NCBI RefSeq assembly: GCF_902652985.1
Contig: NC_047020.1
Location: 28,768,001 to 28,832,000 of the forward strand
From: Pecten maximus
Lineage: Eukaryota
Length of the DNA stretch: 64,000 bases
Direction: 5' to 3'
Shown: positions 27,383 through 40,556 of the stretch, piece by piece
Layout: each line of letters begins with the position of its first letter
Numbering within the stretch: position 1 is the stretch's first letter
Position numbers and translations under genes: made by a program
Notes under the pieces: generated by a model
What the model was told of the DNA's origin: nothing
Seen by the model: the letters and a program-made list of their open reading frames with translations, nothing else
Databases searched by the model: none

Positions 27383-30300
27383 TCTTGTAGACACGGCAGC
27401 AGTAACTGGAAAGCATCCTGTATGTATGTACTACTGTTTCCTGCCTGCAATACAAAGTTTGTCAGTTATTATATATCAAAATCTTTCTATACCGGGTCAA
27501 AGTTACACTCTTATACATGTAAAAGATTATATCTTGGTAATGTTGTAGTTGATACACCTATTATACATGTACTTACCTCCAGATAGATGTTGGTAACCAG
27601 AGTGTTGATGTCACTGCTATCCTCTTCACCCTCCTGATGAACATAAAGAAAAACTCTATTACTTCGACAGCTTCCAGACATTTTAACAAACCAGTGTCAG
27701 TACAATATTGTCAGTCCAGGACATACATATGGACATTCCAGTAAAGACAGACAGACAAAATTCAAAACAGGCAGACAAATGTCAGTCCTGGACAGACAGA
27801 AAACATTAATAACAAATCAACACCTCAAGCATGGAACACATCTCACATGTGTGGCCTCCAAGGCAATAAACACTGCAGATTATCCTTACAGATTATCAAT
27901 CAATGTTTGAAAGTCTCATGTGACCTGTCACCTCCAAACTAGGTCAAGGTCATTGAAGTTACATATTTACATAGCAGCATGTTTTCCTACTATGTTATGG
28001 TACAACATTAAACAAGAGGCCCAGAGGGCCTGTATCACTCACCTGGTTTATTTGAGCAAACATAAAGATAATGTTCATGTTATATTTGTTAATGTCTAAA
28101 ACAATGCTACATTGTATATGTATGAGTATGGCTTAAAGATCTCAACTGCTTCAAAGATATAACCTTGAAACGAAGTCAAGACTCAACATGATTGTGTTTA
28201 AAGAAGCCTATTAAGTCCCTTGGGGTGGGGAAAGACCCCTGGGCTTATTCTTACATCAGGCTTGTGTTCATCTCTTGATCTTAATTGTTTCAAAAATGCA
28301 AAAAGTCCTTTATAGCAATATAGTCAAATTGATCCCTTTTGCCCCGCCCTTGAGGCCCCTGGGGGATCAGCCCATCATTTGTATAACTTTAAATCCCAGC
28401 CACCTAGAGATGTTACCACTGAAATACCAATGTCATACATTGCTTAGGTCCAGAGAAGAAGTTGTTAATATCAATATTGCTAAAAGAACCACTTTTGGCC
28501 CAACCCCTCAGGCCCCTGCAGGGTCAGCCCCATCATTTGTATAAATTTGAATCCCAGGCACCTATGAATGCTACCACTGAAATATCAAAGCCATGCATTG
28601 CTTAGGTCCAGAGAAGAAGTCGTTAATATCGATATTACAAAATGGACCCCTTTTGACCCTGCCCCTCGGCCCCTGGGGAGTTAATCCAATCATATGTATA
28701 AATTTGAATCCTAGCCACCTAGGGATGCTACTGCTGAAATACCAATGTCATACATTGCTTAGGTCCAGAGAAGAAGTTGTTATTATCAATATTGCCAAAT
28801 GGACCCCTTTTGGCCCTGCCCCTCAGGCCCCTAAAGGGTCAGTCCTATCATTTGTACAAATTTGAATCCCAGCAACCTAGGGATGCTACCACTAAAATAT
28901 CAATGTCATGCATTGCTTAGGTCCAGAGAAGAAGTCGTTTATATCAATATTGCCTAATGGACCCCTTTTGGCCCTGCCCCTCGGGCCCCTAGGGGGTCAG
29001 TCCCATCATATGTAAAAATTTGAATCCCACCCACCTAGGGATGCTTCCTACCAAATTTGGTTAAATTCTGATCAGGGGTTCAGAAGAAGTCAATTGTGTT
29101 GACGGACGGATGGACGGACGGATGGACGGACGGACGGACGGACGGACGGACGGACGGACGAAGGACACCTGATGCCATGGTATGGCATAAGCTCACCTTG
29201 GTCCTTTGGACCAGGTGAGCTAAAAAAATGAATATTGTTTTATTAAGGATTTTTCAGACATGGATACTCACGGCCAGTGTGTTGAGGACAGATGTAAACT
29301 TCACGGACATAATTCCCACCTCCGTACACAAGACATTTGTCAGACTGCAAAAAATCCATTAGCATATAGTTACAATGATTCCAGCACTCTATTGAAGTGT
29401 TAGGTCCAAAATAAAAATTTGTGAATTTCTGCATTTCAAAATAATGAAGAGAATAGGGAAAGAACGAGAAAGAAACACTAAGGAAGAAAGGAAAAGGTGG
29501 AAGAGGATGGTAAGGATGATGTGGGATGAAGAAGACAAGAAAAAGAGGAAAAGACAGAAGAAAGGACGAAGAACTAAATGCAAAGTCTCACTTAGGTGTT
29601 GTACAATAAAGTCTAAATCGTATTTACATTCCCAATAATTAAGGTTAGAAATATGTTTAAAAACAAGATGTTATCAGGAGAATGATTACTCACTTAGAAA
29701 GACTGGTGGCTCTGTCTAAACACTGTTTATCAGACGGTTGGTTTAACAGAATTAGCTCCCCTGCTTTGTGAAACTGCTCCACAGACTTAGATGTCAGTTC
29801 CGCCAGTGATTGTATCGCCACCTGGTGGACAGCCTACAACAAAAGACAGACAACTTTTCCTAGAGGAGAAACAACTACCACACAAAGATACAATTTCTCT
29901 GCAATTTTTTTCAAACAACTGCGAACGTGTAGTTGAATTTGAAACAACCTTAGAATTGATACTATGAAACTGGGTAATATGGATTAATTGTTAAAGGAGT
30001 TGCATTTCATTAAATGTCAACACAAAGTACAAAGCTAACTTTGGAGATATTGAAAACTTAAACTTATGATAATATATCAATCTATATTTCATTAAAAAAT
30101 TAATTGACCTTTATAACTTATTGTCCATAAAAAAGATTTGACACCATGATTTTTTCTATTTTTCCAGTTCCGCTTTTACTTTTGGGTAAAAACTTTACAA
30201 CTCATTCTCGATAATTGTTGGAACATTTTTTTACATAATGGATATCCAAAGAACAATCACCTTGGGTTGGGCCTGCTCTTCCTCCCCTTCCTCCTTCGTG

Positions 30301-33300
30301 CAAAATTTACTAATACTTTGGCGGATTTTGTCCTGGGTCTGAAATAGATTTGATCATTCATATAATTCAGCCTTAATGTCTCTATAGAAATGAAGTTGTC
30401 TTTCTCAAGTCATTCTAATGTTATTCAGGTAACCAGCCTTTCTAAGGTCATCCTACTGTAGTTCAGCTAACCAACCTTTCTAAGGTCATCCTACTGTAGT
30501 TCAGGTGACAAACCTTTCTCAGGTCATCCTACCATAGTTCAGGTAACCAGCCTTCCTCGAGCCGTCTTACTGTACAGGTTGCAACTACTACCTGACAGAG
30601 ATCTGATAATTCTGATGTCAGCATGTTCTCACACACTTGTTCAAAACACGGACGGCAAATAAAAATTGAGAGTGTTTTACTTTGTTAATATGTGGTGAGT
30701 GCATCAATTATAAACATAACAATCTTACACTTCCATGACCATTCAAGTGAACATATTATCATAAAATTTTTACAGACTGCCAGATTTCACAGCCATGTAA
30801 TGACAGCCGTGAAAAGTAACGAGATTTAAGGTTAACATGAACATCCTAAACACTGAAAAATATTTTCAAATGTGCAGTTCTATGCTGGGTACACAGAATG
30901 TTACATTTCAATATAACAAGGAATTCTGACAATCATCCACTACACCTACAGTATATTAAAGTGGATAGAGAGTCAGAATCATTTGGAGGAGCACAGACAA
31001 ACCTTACTTACCCTGTTCAGTTTGCCTGGATCAGTACCCAGACTGAGGTTTGCCAAGTTATCAGTAACCAGCTTCACAAAATCTTGATCCTCTGGATCTT
31101 CTGGAACACATTGAACATACACCAATGAAAAGGAGGATTAATACAACAATATTATACTATAATGTCATGTAATCTAGGATTTTCTGGAACATATTGTCAT
31201 ACACCAATGAAAAGGAGGATTAATACAACAATACTATACTATAATATCATATATAATCTAACTGCTATTCTGAGAATATTCATTCTAAATATAATGTTCA
31301 AATAAAAACAAATCTACTAAAGACACATTGGACTATCAATATTACAGCAATAGTAAATCAAAATTTAAATCATTAATTGTACAAACCATCGTCATCATCC
31401 TCTTCATTTCTTTCAAACACCTGTTTGATCATGATGAGATCAGACTTTATGTCAGCGAGCGTATCAGCAGGCATGGATGTCAGTAGTGTCTGCACCTTCT
31501 TCTCACACTGATTGGCCAGGATCTCCAGAGCCTCCAAGTGGGCCAGACCTAGATATAGAAATTACAGACATAATCTCTAGTGTGTCCAAGTGGGCCAGGC
31601 CTAAATATAGAAATTAAATACAGAACATATAGTGTGTCCAAGTGGGCCAGGCCTAGATATAGAAATTACAGACAGAATCTCTAGAGTGTCCAAGTGGGCC
31701 AAGCCTAGATATAGAAATTACAGACAGAATCTCTAGAGTGTCCAAGTGGGCCAGGCCTAGATATAGAAATTACAGACAGAATCTCTAGTGTGTCTAAGTG
31801 GGCCAGGCCTAGATATAGAAATTACAGACAGAAACTCTAGTGTGACCAAGTGGGCCAGGCCTAGATATAGAAATTACAGACAATCTCTAGTGTGACCAAG
31901 TGGGCCAGGCCTAGATATAGAAATTACAGACAGAATCTCTAGAGAGTCCAAGTGGGCCAGGCCTAGATATAGAAATTACAGACAATCTCTAGTGTGACCA
32001 AGTGGGCCAGGCCTAGATATAGAAATTACAGACAGAATCTCTAGAGAGTCCAAGTGGGCCAGGCCTAGATATAGAAATGACAGACAGAATATCTAGTGTC
32101 CAAGTGGGCCAGGCCTAGATATAGAAATTACAGACAGAATCTCTAGAGTGTCTAAGTGGGCCAGGCCTAGATATAGAAATTACAGACAGAATCTCTAGAG
32201 TGTCCAAGTGGGCCAGGCCTAGATATAGAAATTACAGACAGAATCTCTAGTGTGACCAAGTGGGCCAGGCCTAGATATAGAAATTACAGACAGAATCTCT
32301 AGTGTCCAAGTGGGCCAGGCCTAGATATAGAAATTACAGACAGAATCTCTAGAGTGTCTAAGTGGGCCAGGCCTAGATATAGAAATTACAGACAGAATCT
32401 CTAGAGAGTCCAAGTGGGCCAGGCCTAGATATAGAAATTACAGACAGAATCTCTAGAGTGTCCAAGTGGGCCAGGCCTAGATATAGAAATTACAGACAGA
32501 ATCTCTAGTGTGTCTAAGTGGGCCAGGCCTAGATATAGAAATTACAGACAGAAACTCTAGTGTGACCAAGTGGGCCAGGCCTAGATATAGAAATTACAGA
32601 CAATCTCTAGTGTGACCAAGTGGGCCAGGCCTAGGTATAGAAATTACAGACAGAATCTCTAGAGAGTCCAAGTGGGCCAGGCCTAGATATAGAAATTACA
32701 GACAATCTCTAGTGTGACCAAGTGGGCCAGGCCTAGATATAGAAATTACAGACAAATCTCTAGAGAGTCCAAGTGGGCCAGGCCTAGATATAGAAATGAC
32801 AGACAGAATATCTAGTGTCCAAGTGGGCCAGGCCTAGATATAGAAATTACAGACAGAATCTCTAGAGTGTCTAAGTGGGCCAGGCCTAGATATAGAAATT
32901 ACAGACAGAATCTCTAGAGTGTCCAAGTGGGCCAGGCCTAGATATAGAAATTACAGACAGAATCTCTAGTGTGACCAAGTGGGCCAGGCCTAGATATAGA
33001 AATTACAGACAGAATCTCTAGTGTCCAAGTGGGCCAGGCCTAGATATAGAAATTACAGACAGAATCTCTAGAGTGTCTAAGTGGGCCAGGCCTAGATATA
33101 GAAATTACAGACAGAATCTCTAGAGAGTCCAAGTGGGCCAGGCCTAGATATAGAAATTACAGACAGAATCTCTAGTGTCCAAGTGGGCCAGGCCTAGATA
33201 TAGAAATTAAAGACAGAATCTCTAGAGTGTCCAAGTGGGCCAGGCCTAGATATAGAAATTACAGACAGAATCTCTAGTGTGTCCAAGTGGGCCAGGCCTA

Positions 33301-36300
33301 GATATAGAAATTACAGACAGAATATCTAGTGTGTCCAAGTGGGCCAGGCCTAGATATAGAAATTACAGACAGAATCTCTAGAGTGTCCAAGTGGGCCAGG
33401 CCTAGATATAGAAATTACAGACAGAATCTCTAGAGAGTCCAAGTGGACCAGGCCTAGATATAGAAATTATAGACAGAATCCCTAGAGTGTCCAAGTGGGC
33501 CAGGCCTAGATATAGAAATTACAGACAGAATCTCTAGTGTGTCCAAGTGGGCCAGGCCTAGATATAGAAATTACAGACAGAATCTCTAGAGTGTCCAAGT
33601 GGGCCAGGCCTAGATATAGAAATTACAGACAGAATCTCTAGAGAGTCCAAGTGGACCAGGCCTAGATATAGAAATTACAGACAGAATCTCTAGAGAGTCC
33701 AAGTGGACCAGGCCTAGATATAGAAATTATAGACAGAATCTCTAGAGTGTCAAAGTGGGCCAGGCCTAGATATAGAAATTATAGACAGAATCTCTAGAGA
33801 GTCCAAGTGGACCAGGCCTAGATATAGAAATTACAGACAGAATCTCTAGAGAGTCCAAGTGGACCAGGCCTAGATATAGAAATTATAGACAGAATCTCTA
33901 GAGTGTCCAAGTGGGCCAGGCCTAGATATAGAAATTATAAGACAGAATATCTAGAGTGTCCAAGTGGGCCAGGCCAAGATTTCAGTTTTCTGAGAAACAA
34001 AAACCAACATGGGTACTGGTACGAAGCGTTGAACCGCTCACCACGGGCTTTAATACATATAAGTAATATCTGCTTACCCTACAATTACCCATAATGTACA
34101 GCCCACGTAGTTTGTCTGTCACCGACAATACAGACTGAGTATTCTATCTTACACAAATAATAGAGACCTGACTACTAATCTGACATCTAAACAGGTACCT
34201 GAATCTCTACTGTAAAGACTGACATTTGATGTAGATGCATTTCTGTGTTTGAGTGAATTTGCAAAAATATGTGACACCAAAATTTGGCTTGTTATGATAA
34301 AAATACTTAAATAAGACCTGACAGGACTGAAAAGATACCAAGAAAGATCCACTTATTTATATGCCCTCATTTGAGAAAAATATTGAAACACCCCAATCGA
34401 TAGAATCTCTAAACTTGCCTTGATATTCATCAAACATGAACCCAAAGTGGGCCTTCCGTGCATCATCGGATTCTTTTTCCTGCTCCATACGCTTGGCTGA
34501 ATCTTCCTTAGCATCTCGCAGAATCTGGGAAAGGTTAGGCTTATCTCCCCTCTGAAACAACACTTCCTTTGTCTTGTGAAGTCCGGGGTCGTGGTCTTTG
34601 ATGACATCAAATGTCTTTTTACCAATGGTTTCCAGGACATCCAAACTGCCAGTCACCAAGGCATTACTCTGTAAAATGCAAGTAAGTATGTCACCTAATT
34701 AGAAATACCAGTATATTAATGCAAAGTACATAACGAAATAAAAAAAATCCTTTCTGGGAGATTGCACACATCTTAAATTTCATGCCTCATTTATTCATTC
34801 ATAGACCTCCTTTTAGAAACGAATATTTCAAAAAATATATTTTGGCTACTCTTTCTTGTGGGCTTATTGGAGAAAATGTGAACATCGAGGAGGTTTACAG
34901 ATGATTTATACTTGAGAATAAGGTAACAATTTGAAAGCCTCCAGAAGAGAAGGTATGGAAAGTATGACATGGGTTTTGGAGTAATGACAGTGCAGTGTCT
35001 ACTGTCATGCTATGAACACAATCACTCTCTACTGATGTGTATTTTACTTTCTGCACACTATTTACATATATATATGTCTGTAGGTTTCATTCCATTCACA
35101 AATACTCTAATTCCAAACTTAGAGCAATCATTAAAAATTAACGAGACCCTGTGACACAAACAATGGAGTAGTCTCCTAAACTTTCAACAAGAAACTGAGG
35201 GCATACTATGTGATTATTACATATATATTGTACATGTATATATTTATAATTAAAAGTAAATAATGTCCTTGTGATGGATGTACATAATAATAAAAAAAAA
35301 CATAATAAAAAAAAACATAATAAAAAACACAAACCATAAAATCACAAGCGCTTTCACATGCTTTGTATATTTATTTCTCTGAGTGTCTCATAAGCCTTTT
35401 ATAGGCTAGGTGTAAATTCTAAATTTTGATAATTCTGTATAATTATAATACGTATATATGATGTTTTATTTAAAATTGACATGTGACACTTTGATTAAAT
35501 ATATTGTATTGTATGTATTGTAATAGACATCCATCAAGATCTGTCTTTGTGAAGAGCCTATTTAAAATGATTCACAGTAATAAGCCTGTATGTATGACCG
35601 TTCACTGTTCTGTAGGGTAAGGGTCTGTTTCTACTGACCGTGTTCTGTAGGGTAATGGTCTGTTTTTACTGACCGTGTTCTGTACCATGTGAGTAGTGTT
35701 CTGTACTACAGAGGTCAAGCTGGACATCCCCCAGGATGAGAACCAGTTACTTCCAGAACCTTGGTCTCCCCCTTCAGGATTCATCACATTGTCCTCTTTC
35801 TTTTTCTCTTCTTGTTTTTCTCCTTTTTCCTTCTGATCAACCTCTTCTTGGTCTGTTAAAAAAAACGAATGATTATACTACCAGGTACAATAGTATCATA
35901 GTAATTCACTGTTAGTATCATAGTAATTCACTGTTAGTATCATAGTAATTCAACGTTAGTATTATAGTAATTCACTGTTAGTATCATAGTAATTCACTGT
36001 CAGTATCATAGCAATTCACTGTTAGTATCATAGTAAATTACTGTTAGTATCATAGAAATTCACTGTTAGTATCATAGTAATTCACTGTTAGTATAGTAAT
36101 TCACTGTTAGTATAATAGTAATTCACTGTTAGTATCATAGTAATTCACTGTTAGTATCATAGTAATTCACTGTCAGTATCATAGCAATTTACTGTTAGTA
36201 TCATAGGAATTCACTGCTAGTATCATAGTAATTCACTGTAAGTATCATAGTAATTCACTGTTAGTTTCATAGTAATTCACTGCTAGTATCATAGTAATTC

Positions 36301-39300
36301 ACTGTAAGTATCATAGTAATTCACTGTCAGTATCATAGTAATTCACTGTTGGTATCATAGTAATTCACTGTTAGTATAATAGTAATTCACTGTTGGTATC
36401 ATAGTAATTTACTGTTAATATCACAGTAATTAACTGTTAATATCATAGTAATTCACTGTTAGTATCATAGTAATTCACTGTTAGTATCATAGTAATTCAC
36501 TGTTATATAGTACATGTATCATAGTAATTCACTGTTGGTATCATAGTATTCACTGTTAGTATCATAGTAATTCAGTGTTATATAGTACATGTATCATAGT
36601 AATTCACTGTTATATAGTACATGTATCATAGTAAGTCACTGTTATATAGTACATGTATCATAGTAATTCACTGTTGGTATCATAGTATTTCACTGTTAGT
36701 ATCATAGTATTTCACTGTTAGTATCATAGTAATTCACTGTTAGTATCATAGCAATTCACTGTTAGTATCATAGTAATTCACTGTTAGTATCATAGCAATT
36801 CACTGTTAGTATCATAGCATTTCATTGTTAGTATCATAATAATTCACTGTTAGTATCATAATAATTCACTGTTAGTATCATAATAATTCACTGTTAGTAT
36901 CATAGTAATTCACTGTTAGTATCATAGAAATTCACAGTTACCCATGGCTAGAACAGACATATATTATCATAAATGTATCAGAAATCCTATATCTTACTTT
37001 CTCTGTCGATGGTGGTGTTTTCTGGGGCCTCTGATTCCTCCCGAGACTTCCTCTTCATTTCGGCCAGCTCCTCTGGTGACGGCGCCCCCATACTGGTCTC
37101 TACTGCATCCACAAGTGTATTGAACTTGTCCTCTGTCACAGAAATACATGTTCAGTATTGTCAGATATCATACAATACTAATATATATATATATATGTAA
37201 ATGTATGTGTAACTGGTAATTTCAATGTTGATTTGACCACTATTACAAGTACATATTAATATATATCATACCCAACAAAATTATAAATCAGAAAGAAAAA
37301 TGAAAAATTCATGGAAAATGACATTTACACTTTTTTCTCTAAAATCCTCCTGAGTCCTCCAATAAATAATGTTGTAAAGTAGGGATGTTCATCTAATATC
37401 CACTGTCTAATAGCCAGTTATCTCCCTTTATAGTGTTAATCCCTTTTCACTTCCAAAAAGATAATTATGATTGTTTTGAAATAATAGATACTGGTCAAAT
37501 ATAGTCTGCGGTAGAGGATATACGACCTTACTAAAAGTAACTAATTTAATGTTTGTGTTGTATATACATATACAGAGGTATATATGTATCAGTGTTGACT
37601 TTGGCAGCAAAACCTGAGTGAGTTACATGATGTTACACAAGCTCTACATACCAACATGGCCAGCTAAGGACTGGAACCAGCCACCTTTAGCCTGCTCCTC
37701 TTGGCGATCTTCTGGGTTATCTCCCTTATTTTCTGTCACAGACTTTTTATTTTCCTCCTGATCATCATGTTCTGAGTCTGCAAAGTTATTAAAAAAAACA
37801 TTATCAGTGTCATGGTTTTCTTGTATACATATCTTCTTGTCATGACAGCAAATCAGGACATATGTTATTTCAACTTATGAAACACAATCTCCTTACATAC
37901 AAAAAGAACATTCAATGAGCCTAGATAATAGCAATTGCAATTTTGTAGTTGCACATATTTTAAATCTAAATGCTTTTTCAGGAATGAATGTAAAGATACA
38001 TGTGGATGAAAAGACTGAAGTTTACATTTTCAGGAAACAGATCACTACCATATAATAATATTTTAAATGTCACTTCAATCTTTCATATCCTTAGAAACAA
38101 TTTACACCAGCATCTCATGATATATCTTACTTTCTCTGTCGATGGTGGTGTTTTCTGGGGCCTCAGATTCCTCCCGAGACTTCCTCTTCATTTCGGCGAG
38201 CTCCTCTGCTGACGGCGCCCCCATACTGGTCTCTACTGCATCCACTAGTGTATTGAACCCGCCCTCTACAAAAGTAATACTGTTAGAGGCTCTCCTGAAA
38301 ACACTAGGTCTGTAGATACACATCAAATGTACTTTGTGAAATGAAATACATTTAATGATGCTGACAAATTTTGCTGCTATCAAACATATACAAATACCTC
38401 AAACAATGTTGAAGTAGGAGACTTATAAATTACATGTATACCACATGCGTATACCTAAATATCAAAGAATAGGACTTAAGTACATTGTATTTGATACTGT
38501 ACATACCAACTTGACTGGTGAAGGTTGACACTGAATGGGACGCTACATTCATCAGAGATGATCCCCAGTTACCCCAGGCACTCCAGCCACCAGATGCAGA
38601 GGACTGCAATGTAGTAAATAATACAAACTGTTAATAATCAAGTATTTAATATCATCATCATCATCATCATTTCAAAATAATTTCCTCCTGTAATATATAC
38701 TTTCATATAAGAGATCCCAGAGGGATCTTGGCACCCACTATTTATGTAAGTATGTATTTATTGCATTGATGCAAGCTATAGATATTTTTCTTCTTTCATG
38801 GATAACAACATGTTCTAAAACTTATTCTGCTGTGTTTGAAATAATCCTTTTAAAGATAAAATCATTCAATCTATGGACTAAAACAGTGAATTGTAACATG
38901 ATGATATATCAAAATTCATAATAGATGCTAGAATATGTCTAAGCAGGCTCAAGATATGGCATGCACAGCTAGGACCAAAGCTGAATGTTTGTCTTATGTT
39001 TTAAGAACATCACTATTGTTGTTCTTGAGGAATAGCAGTAACAAACTACAAATTTCAAAATTCTAAAAGGCTGCTGGCGAGTATCTGATGAAGCTCAAGC
39101 ATGTATCGAGTAAATCTCATGTTAACAAAGACATCCATTCATTATAGCTCTTATTTAAGGAAAAGTGCCAACAAACTTGATTCATCATTCAAAATTCAAA
39201 ATGGCCACTGGAGGACATAGCAAATATATGACCTATCTCAAAAAATGATGTGAAAAACTAAATGCACAACTAAGCTCCTAAAGTTCAAGAGAATCACCAT

Positions 39301-40556
39301 AGATTCTTATAGAAACAGCAGCAACAAACTTCACACATTGAAATTCATATATTAATGGCCATTCTGAATATCCTATCAGGTTCAAACTTGGACCATCAGA
39401 CATATTGAAAATAGTTTTCAGAATTTCTCTTCTTCAGTTCCTAAGAAATGCCATACAAACATTATATGTTGAATTCTAAATTCTAAAATTGCCTCAGAGA
39501 CCATCTTGAATATCCCTTCAAATGGCATGCACAACAATGAAACAAACCAAACATATTCCCAAAGTTTCAGGAAGAATCCAAAATAGATGATCTGTGATAT
39601 ACAATATAATCACATCGTTGTGAATTATCACAACACACTATAGAACTACCGATCAGCTGTTAACACAGCTTTACATTACATTCAACGATAACACTGTTTC
39701 TAACTATTCTAGAATAAACCTAACTAGATGTAATGTAACAGTTATCACTCACAATAGTGACAATTAACCAATAGAAGTAACAAAAATAATTTTCAGAGAA
39801 TGACAGACCAAGGACAAAAAGTGATGTATATATAATAATCATATTATGTAGAATACACACTTGTTTTTTCTCTTCTTGTTTTGCCTCTGTTCTTAATTCT
39901 TCTGAACGTTTAGAAGAAACATTGTCCGTTCTCTGTCTTGTATCTGTTGTTGTGTCTTTCAAAGTTTCTGTGTTTACTTCTTTCTGGGGAGTTGTTTCCC
40001 TTGACCTATGAGTAGCCACCTCCTCTGGTGTATGAGCAATTGTTTCCCCTGGTGTCTCTTCTGATTTACTTGTCTGTGTTGGCGTTTCAGAATTTGACTC
40101 AGTTTTATCAGATTTGTCTTCATGTTTATCACTCTTTTCTTTTTTGTGGTTACCCGAACTTAATGACACAGTTGAATCTTCTGATTGCTTCTTTTTTTCC
40201 TTGGTAGATGAACCAGAACCCTTTACTTCTGTGTTAGACTTTGGAGCCTGACTTTTATCAGCGATATTAGTTTTTTTCTTTTTATCTGTGGATTTTGTTG
40301 ATCCTGTTTCTTGTTTTCCAACATCAGTTTTGTTTTTATTCACATTTTTCTGTTTATTTTTTTTCTGAGAGTCTTTACTAGTTGCACCTTTCTTGCTTTC
40401 TGTTTCCTTGACACATGTCCCTGAAGTTCTTGCATCAGATTTGTCAGATTTTGTTGTTGAATGTGATCTTTTTACTTTTCCTTGTGTTGACTTAGTGTCC
40501 TCTGACAAGCCACCACCTTCATCTGCACTAGCAAACTCATCCTCAGAATCAGACAT
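27355..40556 (-). CDS. FAM114A2: FAM114A2/FAM114A1 (Noxp20, DUF719) family protein, 14 coding exons, ~768 aa
   Basis: Exons 40556-39861, 38603-38507, 38265-38131, 37777-37652, 37132-36998, 35852-35674, 34668-34419, 31548-31387, 31100-31012, 30338-30261, 29833-29694, 29344-29272, 27633-27577, 27444-27355 (2307 nt, phases consistent). Family motifs GWSAWGNWGSSL, TGSLDVLETIGKKTFDVIKDHDPG, FDEYQGLAHLEALEIL, SLAELTSKSVEQFHK, TNIYLEAGNSSTYIQDAFQLLLP. Confidence 0.92.
28010..29227 (+). mobile_element. Pearl/HINE-like non-autonomous element in a FAM114A2 intron
   Basis: 5' aaacaagaggcccagagggcc...ctcacctgg; five ~158-bp core repeats (~28330-29090); (GACG)n tract 29101-29160; 3' hairpin agctcaccttggtcc-ttt-ggaccaggtgagct then A-run. 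Confidence 0.85.
30424..30575. repeat. 38-bp tandem repeat, ~4 copies (intronic)
   Basis: Unit ttcaggtaaccagcctttctaaggtcatcctactgtag. Confidence 0.8.
31515..33975. repeat. 52-bp minisatellite (~47 copies) derived from a FAM114A2 intron/exon junction
   Basis: Unit tccaagtgggccaggcctagatatagaaattacagacagaatctctagagtg; on the minus strand this is 18 nt of 3' splice site plus 34 nt resembling the exon that starts at 31548. Confidence 0.95.
35893..36940. repeat. 22-bp minisatellite, ~45 copies, filling most of an intron
   Basis: Unit gtatcatagtaattcactgtta. Confidence 0.95.
38706..39590 (+). mobile_element. Degenerate HINE-like element remnant
   Basis: Starts aagagatcccagagggatcttggcacccac (short palindrome like other HINE 5' ends); decayed ~150-bp repeats containing aaattcaaaatggcc-like motifs. 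Confidence 0.5.

Noticed and set aside
29444-29638. Lys/Arg/Glu-rich ORF
   Set aside because: Purine-rich low-complexity DNA antisense within a FAM114A2 intron.
19016-33975. Regular 37-52-bp repeats resembling CRISPR arrays
   Set aside because: Units are head-to-tail with no unique spacers, no cas genes, and the context is eukaryotic.
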